Shown one piece after another: positions 8,469 to 20,700 of a stretch of 34,724 nucleotides of DNA. The position numbers and the translations under genes are program-made. How positions within the stretch are numbered: the stretch's first letter is position 1; every line of letters begins with the position of its first letter. The notes under the pieces were generated by a model. It was not told where the DNA came from. It saw only the letters and a program-made list of their open reading frames with translations, and did no database searches. The stretch comes from Puniceicoccales bacterium (GTDB lineage Bacteria; Verrucomicrobiota; Verrucomicrobiia; Opitutales; JAIRKQ01). The stretch is taken from contig JAISXS010000047.1 of assembly GCA_031270385.1 (NCBI GenBank), forward strand, positions 1 through 34,724, read 5' to 3'.

Positions 8469-10895
8469 TTAATCCTCTTCAACGGCCACCACCTTAGAAA
8501 TTCCTACCAATTTGTCCCCTTTATCAACAGCCATCAACCGAACCCCGCTGGTTGAACGCCCAATCACACGAACCTCGCTAACTGAAGACCGTACAGCCTG
8601 GCCGTTGTTTGTCAACATCATTATTTCGTCGCTATCGGAAACGGTCAATGCACCAGCAATACAAATACCACGCTGCAATTTCATCGCGATTACGCCGGAT
8701 CCCCCGCGGTGTTGCAGACGATAATCCTCAAACTTTGAGCGCTTTCCCTGCCCATTTTCCGCAGCTAGTAAAAATGTTTGCCCATCGTCTACGACCGTCA
8801 TCGCGCGGACAGCATCATCATCTTTCAACGTAATTCCGCGGACACCGCGTGTCGCCCGACCCTGGTCGCGCAGGTCACTTTCACTGAATCGCACGGACAT
8901 CCCATGTTTCGTTATTATTACAAGCTCATCGCTGCCTGTCGTCATAACGGCCTCTATCAGCGCATCATCCTCATCGATACTTATGCCGATTATTCCCCCA
9001 CGACGCACATTTTTGTAATCTGCCAAACACGTTTTTTTCGTGATTCCATTCTTCGTGCACATCACAACAAATTGGCTCTCGGAAAACTCCTGGAAGCACA
9101 GCATCGCCGCCACCCGTTCCTCCTTCTGCATTTCAAGGACGTTGACCAACGCTCTTCCCTTCGATATCCTCGAACCTTCTGGGATTTCATAGACCTTCTC
9201 AACGTACACACGGCCGCTATCCATTGCGAACATCAGGTTATCGTGGGTGTTCGCCGTAAACATATGTTCCACGAAATCGTCGCCGTGCTGCCCTGCTCCA
9301 ATTACTCCCTTACCACCACGCCTCTGGGAGCGGTATAAATTTGCCGGCGTTCGTTTTATAAAACCGTTGTGGGAAACGGTAATCAAGCAACACTCATTTG
9401 CTATGACATCTTCGATCCTGAACTCTCCTATATCATGCTCAATCTTTGTCACCCTTGGCGAAGAATATTTGTCACGCATTTCCAGCAGCTCTTTTTTTAC
9501 AAGAGCTAACAAATTCGCGTTGCTCGATAAAATTTCACGGTAATAGTTTATTAGTTTTTTTAAGTCACCAAATTCTTCCTCTATTTTACTGCGCTCAATG
9601 CCAGTCAACTGGTAAAGGCGCATTTCCAAAATCGCATCCGCTTGGACCGGGGAGACTGGATATTTCGCCACAAGTTCGATTTTTGCTCCTTCACGATTGG
9701 AAGACTTTCCGATTATGTGGACAAAGTCATCCGAGTTATTGAGTGCCACTATGAACCCCTCTAATATGTGAGCGCGCGCTTCTGCCTTCCTCATGCGAAA
9801 CTCAGTCCTCCGGGTAACGACATCCCGGCGATGTTCGATGTAGCACTCTAGAATTTCCTTGATGTTCATCTGCTTCGGTCGCAGCCTATCCAATGCCAGC
9901 ATGATCACGCCAAATGACGCTTCAAGTTGCGTATGTTTGAACAATTTGTTCATGACAATATTCGTCACCGCATCCCGTTTCAACTCCACTACTATGCGCG
10001 TTTTGTTGTCGGATTCGTCACGCAGGTCACTGACTTCATCCAAAATTTTTTCCGTAACTAGCTCGGCAATCCTAGTTACAAGCATTGCCCGGTTGACGGC
10101 ATATGGAATTTGCGTAATTACGATCTGCTCTTTTCCATTCGGTAGTTCTTCGACTGTCGCGATCCCACGGACTTTCACTATGCCGCGGCCAGTCGTTAAG
10201 TAGCGTTCAATGCTGTCGATTCCGACAACAACTCCGCCAGTTGGAAAATCTGGTCCATGAACAAATTTGCATAACTCTTCCACTGCAATCGCTGGTTCAT
10301 CGATTATTTTACAAGCGGCATCTATGATTTCCGACAAATTGTGAGGTGGAATGTTTGTCGTCATACCAACCGCGATGCCAGTCGACCCGTTCATCAGCAA
10401 ATTCGGAAGTGCTGACGGAAGTACGCTCGGCTCCTTCGTGCTTTCTTTATAGTTTGGGACGAAATCAACTGTATCTTCGTCGATGTCCCGAAGTAGCTCT
10501 TCGGAGACACTGTGCAATTTACACTCCGTGTAGCGATACGCCGCCGCTGGATCACCGTCGACGGATCCAAAATTTCCCTGCGGAAAAATGAGTGGATAGC
10601 GCATCACCCAGTCCTGAGCCAGGCGGACAAGGGTGTCGTAGACGGCGGCATCGCTGTGGGGATGATAGTTCTTCAACACCTCCCCGATCACGCCGGCGCA
10701 TTTGTCAAACTGACGGTTAAAGAACAACCCTTCCCGCAGCATGGCGTATAAAATCCTCCGTTGCACAGGCTTCAGACCGTCACGGACATCGGGCAGCGCC
10801 CGACTAACTATCACCGACATTGAATAGTCGATATAGGATGTTTGCATGACATCGGTGATGTTCGCAATGGTAATTTTTTCTTGTTCCGTATTCAT
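8469..10895 (-). CDS. gyrA: DNA gyrase subunit A
   Basis: YIDYSMSVIVSRALPDVRDGLKPVQRRILYAM, HPHSDAAVYDTLVRLAQDW and AAYRYTE (active-site Tyr context), with C-terminal beta-pinwheel repeats. The ATG directly follows the gyrB TAA (TAAATG). Confidence 0.97.
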   Translation of the reverse strand: MNTEQEKITIANITDVMQTSYIDYSMSVIVSRALPDVRDGLKPVQRRILYAMLREGLFFNRQFDKCAGVIGEVLKNYHPHSDAAVYDTLVRLAQDWVMRYPLIFPQGNFGSVDGDPAAAYRYTECKLHSVSEELLRDIDEDTVDFVPNYKESTKEPSVLPSALPNLLMNGSTGIAVGMTTNIPPHNLSEIIDAACKIIDEPAIAVEELCKFVHGPDFPTGGVVVGIDSIERYLTTGRGIVKVRGIATVEELPNGKEQIVITQIPYAVNRAMLVTRIAELVTEKILDEVSDLRDESDNKTRIVVELKRDAVTNIVMNKLFKHTQLEASFGVIMLALDRLRPKQMNIKEILECYIEHRRDVVTRRTEFRMRKAEARAHILEGFIVALNNSDDFVHIIGKSSNREGAKIELVAKYPVSPVQADAILEMRLYQLTGIERSKIEEEFGDLKKLINYYREILSSNANLLALVKKELLEMRDKYSSPRVTKIEHDIGEFRIEDVIANECCLITVSHNGFIKRTPANLYRSQRRGGKGVIGAGQHGDDFVEHMFTANTHDNLMFAMDSGRVYVEKVYEIPEGSRISKGRALVNVLEMQKEERVAAMLCFQEFSESQFVVMCTKNGITKKTCLADYKNVRRGGIIGISIDEDDALIEAVMTTGSDELVIITKHGMSVRFSESDLRDQGRATRGVRGITLKDDDAVRAMTVVDDGQTFLLAAENGQGKRSKFEDYRLQHRGGSGVIAMKLQRGICIAGALTVSDSDEIMMLTNNGQAVRSSVSEVRVIGRSTSGVRLMAVDKGDKLVGISKVVAVEED

Positions 10896-13442
<2,547 letters not shown>

Positions 13443-13540
13443 TCATAGTAATGGAGTAGAAAAATGCGAACAAAAATTTAACACCGTCAAGTTGTTGTTG
13501 CAATTTTTTTCGCAACATTCCCCTGAATGGTGAAAATCGG

Positions 13541-14389
13541 TTAAATGTTCTTAGATATCCCGGACTTCGAAGCGTATTCCCGCTGGATAACTTCCCTGAT
13601 TGTGTCCATGATTGTTTGCACATTTTTTTTAGAAGTACTGTAAGCTTCCTGCATTTCCTTCACATGGCTTAGGGTAAATTCAAAAAATTTCTCGGCTCTT
13701 TTCGCATCGGCGTTTGTAATGCTAGCCTCGTGTCTTAGGTTTGCTGTGGTGATGCTCATCGAAAAGGATACAACGCTCATGACAAAATTTATAATAGTTA
13801 CTACGAGTTTGATGATCTTGACTACCGTGCCTAAGATTTTTCCGGTACTGAGCCCACCTGCGACTCCGCTAAGTCCCGAGGTTACAATATTAACGATGCC
13901 GGTAGCAATTTTCATACATGCCGTTTTTTTGCTGGCTTTGTAGGTAGCATCCGCTTCTTTTATTTTCATTTCGAAGACTGAGGACGCTGCTTTATCTGCC
14001 ACTTTTATTTTCGTTATCATTTCATTGAAACGCGAGTTTCTCTGGTCTGCGGCTGATTCTTCAAGAATGACCATGACAAGAAAAAGGATATCCTCGTAGG
14101 AACATTTCTTGGAATTCGTGGAATCTACATCCAACAGTCGAATGGCACTGTGCAAATCTCCCATTTTAATTGTACCGCTATTCCCGGCTAATTCGAACGT
14201 ACGATCCGTTTGGTTCGGTATCAGTGCCGGATTGTCCAATGCGGAATGCACGGGGGGCACAACATCGTTTGGATCGGCAGTTGATACAATTTTTGCGATT
14301 TCAGCACCTTCTGATGACGGACCACCAATGGTTGGATCTTCGGTGGACGGCTGTGAAGTGCTATCGGAAATGTTTTTTGATTCCGACAT
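13541..14389 (-). CDS. T3SS translocator-like protein, minor/SctB-like candidate (282 aa)
   Basis: Last gene of the translocon operon, with AGGTGA 4 nt before the ATG. The N-terminus is Ser/Thr/Pro-rich (MSESKNISDSTSQPSTEDP). It has the block ILFLVMVILEESAADQRNSRFNEM plus a coiled coil, one long Gly-rich hydrophobic region (ATGIVNIVTSGLSGVAGGL...VVSFSMSITTA) and a C-terminal amphipathic helix. Confidence 0.55.
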   Translation of the reverse strand: MSESKNISDSTSQPSTEDPTIGGPSSEGAEIAKIVSTADPNDVVPPVHSALDNPALIPNQTDRTFELAGNSGTIKMGDLHSAIRLLDVDSTNSKKCSYEDILFLVMVILEESAADQRNSRFNEMITKIKVADKAASSVFEMKIKEADATYKASKKTACMKIATGIVNIVTSGLSGVAGGLSTGKILGTVVKIIKLVVTIINFVMSVVSFSMSITTANLRHEASITNADAKRAEKFFEFTLSHVKEMQEAYSTSKKNVQTIMDTIREVIQREYASKSGISKNI

Positions 14390-14421
14390 ATTTCACCTTG
14401 GTTTCTCCATTTTCGCACTGG

Positions 14422-15957
14422 CTATATATTGTGCGCAATGTCTTTTTTGGATTGAACGAGCTCCCCAATAAGCCTCGATAGATTTTGAATGCTTTTCTCG
14501 CGGCTATCGTCTGCCTTTTTCAGTGATTCCGAAATACCCTGGGAGAGATTGCTCACGGAATTTCTAATACCCTCTGTAAAGCCTTCCAACGACTTTCGCG
14601 AATCAGCTCTGTGTCCCTCGTTAGCCGACGCAAATTTCAAACCACCCCCGACAAGGCCTACTGCGTTTGAGATTATTTCACCTACTGCAGCATTTTTTTT
14701 ATCTATTCTCTGTTGCTTATCGGCCCTTTCACGCCTGTCATTTTGTACCTCCATTTTTTCGGCTGATGCGACAAGTTTGTCAGCCGTTTCATCCATCTTG
14801 ACTTCGAGTGCTTCACGGTTTGATATAACGTCTTCTTCCGTGAGGTCTTTTTCCGAGATCTCTGTGTCAGTTCTCTTCTTCACGCCCTCTTTATTGTTCT
14901 CATCGTTCTCATTTTTCTCTAATCTTTCTTTAGTTGCTGCATTATCTGCATCCTCTACCAATTTATTATCTTCTATATTCTTTTCATCATCTTCTGCCTT
15001 CTCTTTCGTATCCTTCACAACCTCTTTGTCTTCAGTTATATTCTCTTCATGTTCACCCACGTCCTTTTCCCGTCCTTCCACTTCATCCGTCTTTTTATCA
15101 TCTGCATTTATCTTTCCTTCCTCTTTCTCTATCTCCTCTTCGTCTCCATCCGTAGCAACTTCGTTTTTCTCCACCTCATCTTTCGTTTCATTAATTTCCG
15201 TTTCTCTCACCTCATCCCGTGTTTGCTCCACTTTTGCTTGCTCCGTTTTAAGGGTTTCATTTTTCGTCGCGTTCGTTGTTTTCTCTTGCGAGACTTCAGA
15301 AACGTCTGCCCCACTTTCAGCTGTATTTGAGGCGGTTGAACTTGGATCTATTGATGTTGACTTGTCGTCAACACCGGAACTTTTCGAATTGTTTTCTGAC
15401 GTCGCAGACAGCCCAAATGAGACAACACCGCCAACTAGAGCACCTGCTCCCTTGATCAAGTCAGATGTTGCATCGATGTACGCCTTATCTTTATTGGCTT
15501 CAGCGGCTTCGAGGGAAAATCCGTATACAAGCCTCGATAAATCCATGTTCATATTGTTGGCTACTCGCTTGAGCGTCGCCAAAACCTCCCTCCTCTCCTC
15601 TTGGACGTCAATATTCATCATCTCGGCAAATATAATAAGCTCGGCAATACTCATTTTGCTTAAATCCTTCTCGCTTCCGGCCCCAACCAAACTAAGCATG
15701 CTGCAGAGAGATCCATGGATATTCTCGAGGCCCTTATTGCCACTAATATAATCGGGAGAAGAAGGACTAAATATCGCCTCAGGCTGGCTAGGCCCGTTCG
15801 TCTCCTGCGGAACGTCTCTATCAACAACAACACTATCGCCAGTAGGATTCACGTCCCCAGGTTTAGGACTGGTTACGTTATCCGGTCCCTGATTTCCATC
15901 GCTTCCACCGACAGCATACGCGTTACCTTGGCTACCAATACCATCTACATTAGTCAT
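14422..15957 (-). CDS. T3SS translocator-like protein with large acidic insert (511 aa)
   Basis: GGGGGA Shine-Dalgarno upstream and a Gly/Asn/Ser-rich N-terminus. The block IAELIIFAEMMNIDVQEERREVL plus coiled coil is shared with its neighbours. Two Gly-rich hydrophobic segments (GAGALVGGVVSFGLSA and AAVGEIISNAVGLVGGGL) are separated by about 235 residues of E/K/D/T-rich low-complexity sequence. Confidence 0.5.
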   Translation of the reverse strand: MTNVDGIGSQGNAYAVGGSDGNQGPDNVTSPKPGDVNPTGDSVVVDRDVPQETNGPSQPEAIFSPSSPDYISGNKGLENIHGSLCSMLSLVGAGSEKDLSKMSIAELIIFAEMMNIDVQEERREVLATLKRVANNMNMDLSRLVYGFSLEAAEANKDKAYIDATSDLIKGAGALVGGVVSFGLSATSENNSKSSGVDDKSTSIDPSSTASNTAESGADVSEVSQEKTTNATKNETLKTEQAKVEQTRDEVRETEINETKDEVEKNEVATDGDEEEIEKEEGKINADDKKTDEVEGREKDVGEHEENITEDKEVVKDTKEKAEDDEKNIEDNKLVEDADNAATKERLEKNENDENNKEGVKKRTDTEISEKDLTEEDVISNREALEVKMDETADKLVASAEKMEVQNDRRERADKQQRIDKKNAAVGEIISNAVGLVGGGLKFASANEGHRADSRKSLEGFTEGIRNSVSNLSQGISESLKKADDSREKSIQNLSRLIGELVQSKKDIAHNI

Positions 15958-16001
15958 GACATTTATCCCCCAAAATAATTAAAATTACAATTACTTAATT
16001 C

Positions 16002-17189
16002 CTAAAAATTCCTGACAATATTCATTTTTGTTTCGTGTTCTGCCTTAAGATTTCGCGATGCCGCCTCGTACGCTTTTTTTATATCATTGAGATCAGATCC
16101 AAAGGCATCCATGAGTAAGTCTAGCTGTTGGCCGATTAAATCCGCATCCTGCCTTAGTTTGCTGATTATAGCCGATATCTTGTCTATGGCTAACCTCTTT
16201 TCGGCAAGGTCAAGATCCTTCTTCCCTTGAACTATTCCCTGCACTCCAGACGCGACTCCAGTGGCCACCTGAGCTACCATCGAGGCAATCTCAATGATTT
16301 TCAACACAGACGAAATGACGGCGCCTGAGGCTGCACCCAACGAAGCAACGGTCATGGCCACCATTATCAGGATCATAATGATATCTGCACCCAGTTTCAC
16401 CCACATTTTAATTTTCTTCATCGCTGGATCATTAATATCTGTCCCATTTGCGGCACAAACGACATCCATCACTAGGTCCGCTGCGATCTGTGCTGGGCTA
16501 ATGAACGACAAAGCTTTATCAATTGCACCATCCACTTTCCTGTTCTTGGAACACACTTTCACCAATTCCATTATCCCAACAACCAACATTACAAGGCCCA
16601 GTACTAATAATCCTCCCATTGGCCCGGCAACGGCACACGCAACTACCGTGGCAACCACTATTACTATTAACACAATAACTTTTATGAGAATCTCCCACCA
16701 CTTGTCGTTTTCTTCCGGTGGGTCGACTGTCGGACCGCCAGATGGCGATGTTCCGGCCTTTTTCTTCCAATCGTCTTCTTCGTAGGCGAGTTTTTCCGTT
16801 TGCTCCTGGGCGTATTTCGTAGCGTTTATGATCTCATTCGTCTGCGCGACTTGACGCATCCTGCCCATGTTGATCGAATTGACCGTATTCTCTATCGACT
16901 CTCCCTCTACTTTCGCCATCATTAGCGAGATAATTAGGTGCATTCTTTCCGGGGGATACTGTTTAAGCAACTCGTCGATCTGCGCGTTATCTATACACAC
17001 GTCGAAGAGTGAGTCTATGGTTCCGCTCCCAAGATTGAACTGAGTTTGGCCCTTTGTAGATGTGATATCAAAGGAATCGCTTGCCCCTGCAGGTTTCCCG
17101 GCTGGGTACAGTGCTTTATCTACCCTAGCCAATAGTGCATCGACTACGGATGGTTGGTCGCCTGTGCTGTTACTGACCGTGGTTGACAT
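16002..17189 (-). CDS. T3SS major hydrophobic translocator candidate (SctE / YopB-IpaB-CopB-like, 395 aa)
   Basis: Lies immediately downstream of the class II chaperone. N-terminus is MSTTVSNSTGDQPS. It has the block MHLIISLMMAKVEGESIENTV plus a coiled coil, and a bilobed roughly 45-aa hydrophobic hairpin (WWEILIKVIVLIVIVVATVVACAVAGPMGGLLVLGLVMLVVGIMELV). A second hydrophobic region (ADIIMILIMVAMTVASLGAASGAVISSV...) and a C-terminal coiled coil follow. Confidence 0.6.
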   Translation of the reverse strand: MSTTVSNSTGDQPSVVDALLARVDKALYPAGKPAGASDSFDITSTKGQTQFNLGSGTIDSLFDVCIDNAQIDELLKQYPPERMHLIISLMMAKVEGESIENTVNSINMGRMRQVAQTNEIINATKYAQEQTEKLAYEEDDWKKKAGTSPSGGPTVDPPEENDKWWEILIKVIVLIVIVVATVVACAVAGPMGGLLVLGLVMLVVGIMELVKVCSKNRKVDGAIDKALSFISPAQIAADLVMDVVCAANGTDINDPAMKKIKMWVKLGADIIMILIMVAMTVASLGAASGAVISSVLKIIEIASMVAQVATGVASGVQGIVQGKKDLDLAEKRLAIDKISAIISKLRQDADLIGQQLDLLMDAFGSDLNDIKKAYEAASRNLKAEHETKMNIVRNF

Positions 17190-17207
17190 ACGTCTTTCGT
17201 TCGAATT

Positions 17208-17768
17208 TTATCTCTTTTTTCCCAACTGTTTTTTCGGAGATTTTTTTTCTTCGGCTAGTTTGGCCAATTCTTTTTCTACCATCGTGCTCGTCATCCTAGC
17301 TCTTGCCTCATATATCCGTGATTCTCTGTCGTTTTTGAATTTATCGTCGTTGGCAAGCGTCAAAAGCTCATCTATGTACTTCTTAGCAAGATCTAGCTGA
17401 TCAAGCCTGATGACGCATTCTGCCAAGCGCATGAGCATTTTCGGGGTATATTCCCCTTCGGCGAGAGCCATCCTGAAATACTGTGCCGCTGTTGTGTAGT
17501 CCCCAGCCATGAAACTAGCGGATCCGCAGGCCGATAGGTATTTTGAGGACATCGGTTGTAGCGTGCATAGCAAGGCAAACACGCCCTTTGCTTTTACGTA
17601 TTGTTTGTGTTTGTACATTTCGTGGCCAACCATGTATATCGCTTCTAGGCCGTCATCGCTTATGCCGTAATACTCTCGAAGGCTGAAGTTCCCGCTGATG
17701 ATTTTCTCTGCGGCATTTTTCAGGGCCTCTTCGTACTCTTTTCCTTGTTGTTCCTTTTTCTCTTCCAT
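17208..17768 (-). CDS. T3SS class II (translocator) chaperone, TPR-type, LcrH/SycD/IpgC/Scc2-like
   Basis: LREYYGISDDGLEAIYMVGHEMYKHKQYVKAKGVFALLCTLQPMSSKYLSACGSASFMAGDYTTAAQYFRMALA aligns by eye with the LcrH/SycD TPR core (L..L.GIS.D.LE.LY..AY..Y..G.Y..A...F..LC.LD......LGLG.C). Start set at MEEKKEQ (17768), with a GGGAG Shine-Dalgarno that overlaps the stop of the upstream giant gene. Confidence 0.8.
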   Translation of the reverse strand: MEEKKEQQGKEYEEALKNAAEKIISGNFSLREYYGISDDGLEAIYMVGHEMYKHKQYVKAKGVFALLCTLQPMSSKYLSACGSASFMAGDYTTAAQYFRMALAEGEYTPKMLMRLAECVIRLDQLDLAKKYIDELLTLANDDKFKNDRESRIYEARARMTSTMVEKELAKLAEEKKSPKKQLGKKR

Positions 17769-17781
17769 AAATTTTATCTCC

Positions 17782-20700
17782 CTAGCGAATGTTAGAAGTC
17801 GTGGTTTTCCCGTAGTCACCGACTGATTTCAAAGTTTGTGTGCACGCGCCTATATTCGAGTTCACTTCCTGCATGAATTGTTGCATCTTTGTGCTCATTA
17901 GATTTGCATCCGTTGATAATTTGTCGCCGTGGAGGCGGACTTGGTCTTGCCAATTTGTCACGGCTGTGAGTAGGGTTTGTTCCTGGACGTCGATGTTGCT
18001 CACGTCCTTACTCCAAGCCTTTTTATCTGTCCACTTTTCACCATCTTTATTGTAATGGGCGACGGCGAAGCGTAGTGTTCCACCTGAATCGACGCCATAG
18101 CTTATACCGAACGTTGTGTAAAAACTTGAAAGTCCAGTCGACGCTATTCCGCCGTTTTTCACCACGTCTTTCATGTATGTGTTTAGGTCGGACATTGGTA
18201 CATCACAAGACTCGAACAATTCTTGGCTTGTTATGGCCCCTTGCCTGTCCTGGCCTTGGATTTCGCCATCCGTAGCTTCCCTATAAACTCGTTCGTATAT
18301 CCATGACAGTGCTTTGAGCATTTTGTTGTTTACTCGGATTTCCTCGTTAACTTGCTCTATTTCTCTTATCTGTTCTGCTAGCATTAGTCGTTGTATTTCT
18401 GTCATCGAATACATTACCGCCACTGCGACGTAGTGTATGGCTAATCCGACGTAGCAATCTGTTTTGGAGAATGATTCCTGGTATTCGCTCTCCGATATGA
18501 ACATATCTTCTCCGTCTTCATAAATCAGCTTGTATTCGTAGTTTATTTTTCCATCTTCGGCGACCTTATCTATTCTTTCGATGCCAGCGACGAGTTTGTA
18601 CTTACCATCCGAGGTTGGCACCGGCTCTGAAGCTGTGAGGCAAAGACTTAGGAGGTCGTCCATGGTGGCGCCGGTGTTAGCTTTCATCTCTTCGTATCTC
18701 TTCTTTGTTCCGTCGAATGACATTCTTGCGTTCATCATGGCCTTATATTCCTTGGTTTCTTCGTAAGCCTTCAGTTTGGTTCTGTATTCTTCTTCGTTTG
18801 CGTCTCTGGCTGAAACGAGCTCGTTGTACGCCCCTCCTACTGACAATTGCCCGAGAACGGCGTTACCGTAGGCTTTTTCGGCTTTTTGGCGTTGTGTTTT
18901 AAGGGTGTCGGCTAATTCTTTTTCAATCTCTACAGCATCGGCAGCATTGGAGATGACAGTGGTGAGAATGTCATACAGTTGGCCTTTTTGGGTTTCGGAA
19001 AGCGTTGTACGCGGGCCACCATCGCGGTCAAAGTAGGGCTCAAGCTTTGCATAATCGGCTGGCGTCAAAGCGAACGTGCTAATCTGAACACCGGTAAGCA
19101 TGTTGAGAAACATGCCTTTTTGCTTTTCATCCTCATTTGCATATTCATCGTATGTAACATTTCCATTGGCATCGACTTTAGCCTTTTTAAATAGTTTGTC
19201 GTTGATACTCTTCCATTCGTTATAAAGGTCCTTCATTGCTTCTTTGCCATTCTTTCCAGATTCCGCGGCGAAGTCGGTCTTTATAATTCCGGCCATATAC
19301 TGTCCGGCGGTGTATGACTTGTTTTGTTTTATGGCTGAGCCAGTATAGGTATTACCCTGGTGGTATTCCTCTTCCAAATCATTTTTTATTTTATTTAAAA
19401 TAGTCCACAGTTCGTCCAGTGTTTTCGCATTTGGCACAGAATTAAAATCTCCTATAATTAAATCAACCGCGCCAAAAACACTTTCAAATGCCTCTCTGTG
19501 TCCCTCTGTCATCCTAGTACCATTATCGTTTCCTTGGCCGCCGTCGTTATAAGCATCTCTGGCTGCTTTTAGTGCCTGAGCTAACGAATCTGTGCTGAAC
19601 ACACTACTACGAAGCACGCTAACTATCGTTTCCAGGTAATTTTCAGCGGCGGAAAGCCGGCCCTTTGCCTCTTCTTCTATGGCTATGGCCGTGTCGAACT
19701 CGTCTCTGTAATCTTTGACGCTCTTTGCCCCAAATTTTTTCGCCTTATCCTCCAATTTTTTCATTGCTTCGGCGAGAGCTTCCTTGTGTTTTCCTTCTTT
19801 ATCAAGTGATTCTATTGTCGTTTTAATTGTATCGTCGTAATTATAGCCGAGTTCGGTGAGCGCTGTTCTAAGTCTCGTATAATCGTACATCGTCGCTCCG
19901 CTGTCGTATTGTTTTGGTTTTTTATTTCCATCGAGCTCTGGGACTACGAGTTTCAACAGGTCATTGTAACTCATATTAGACTTGTCATTGGTGCCATCCC
20001 CATCGACATCAAGATTTTCAAGCTCGAACACCTTTTGATCCTTTGCTACATTAACCGCATTTTTAGCGGTCGACACATCCGCCTCGAGCGAAAGAAACGT
20101 TTTCCCACTACCATCCAAATCTCTGGTATATAAGCCATTATAGGCATTCCTGGCGTATATCCATTTTTGGTACGCCAGCGACGTTGCATTTTCCAGATAT
20201 TCGCTTTCATGAAAGTTTTTCATGGATTCGATGTCTGCCATTTTTGCTTTTTCGAAGGCCACTACTGCGCCTGCCGTTTGCACAGCATTCTCAGCATCCT
20301 TAAGGTCTTTTTCAAACTGTTCCAATTCCGACTCGAGTCCGTTTATGCTTTTTTTATCGACAGTGTTGCCGAATAGGGCATTTGCTAGGTTTGTTCTGGC
20401 CGTTTCCAGAGTTCTCGCTGCATCTAATTTGGTCCTCATACTTCCTAGGGTGTCCTTCAGCCCTTTTAGGCTTACACTCCCGCCCTCGCCGACGTACGTA
20501 CAATCAGCATTAAAGAGTGTCGATTCATCATCCGTTAAAAAGGCTTCCTCAGGCAAGTTTTGTTCCAAAGCCTTATCCAGGGCCGTTTCGAGCGTGGTTA
20601 CATCGTTTTTTAAATCGTCAAAGCTCTTCGTTCCATGATAGGTAATGTCGGGGGACTCCTCCGTACCCAATGTAAATCCGGCGTAATTTCCATCATCGTC

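Noticed and set aside
14489-15751. 420-aa plus-strand ORF rich in Ser/Phe/Leu, opposite the 511-aa gene
   Set aside because: It is a mirror-image shadow of the GAA/GAG/AAA/GAT-rich acidic insert; reverse complements give TTC/CTC/TTT/ATC. It has no start context and its composition is implausible. The minus-strand gene has a Shine-Dalgarno and fits the operon.
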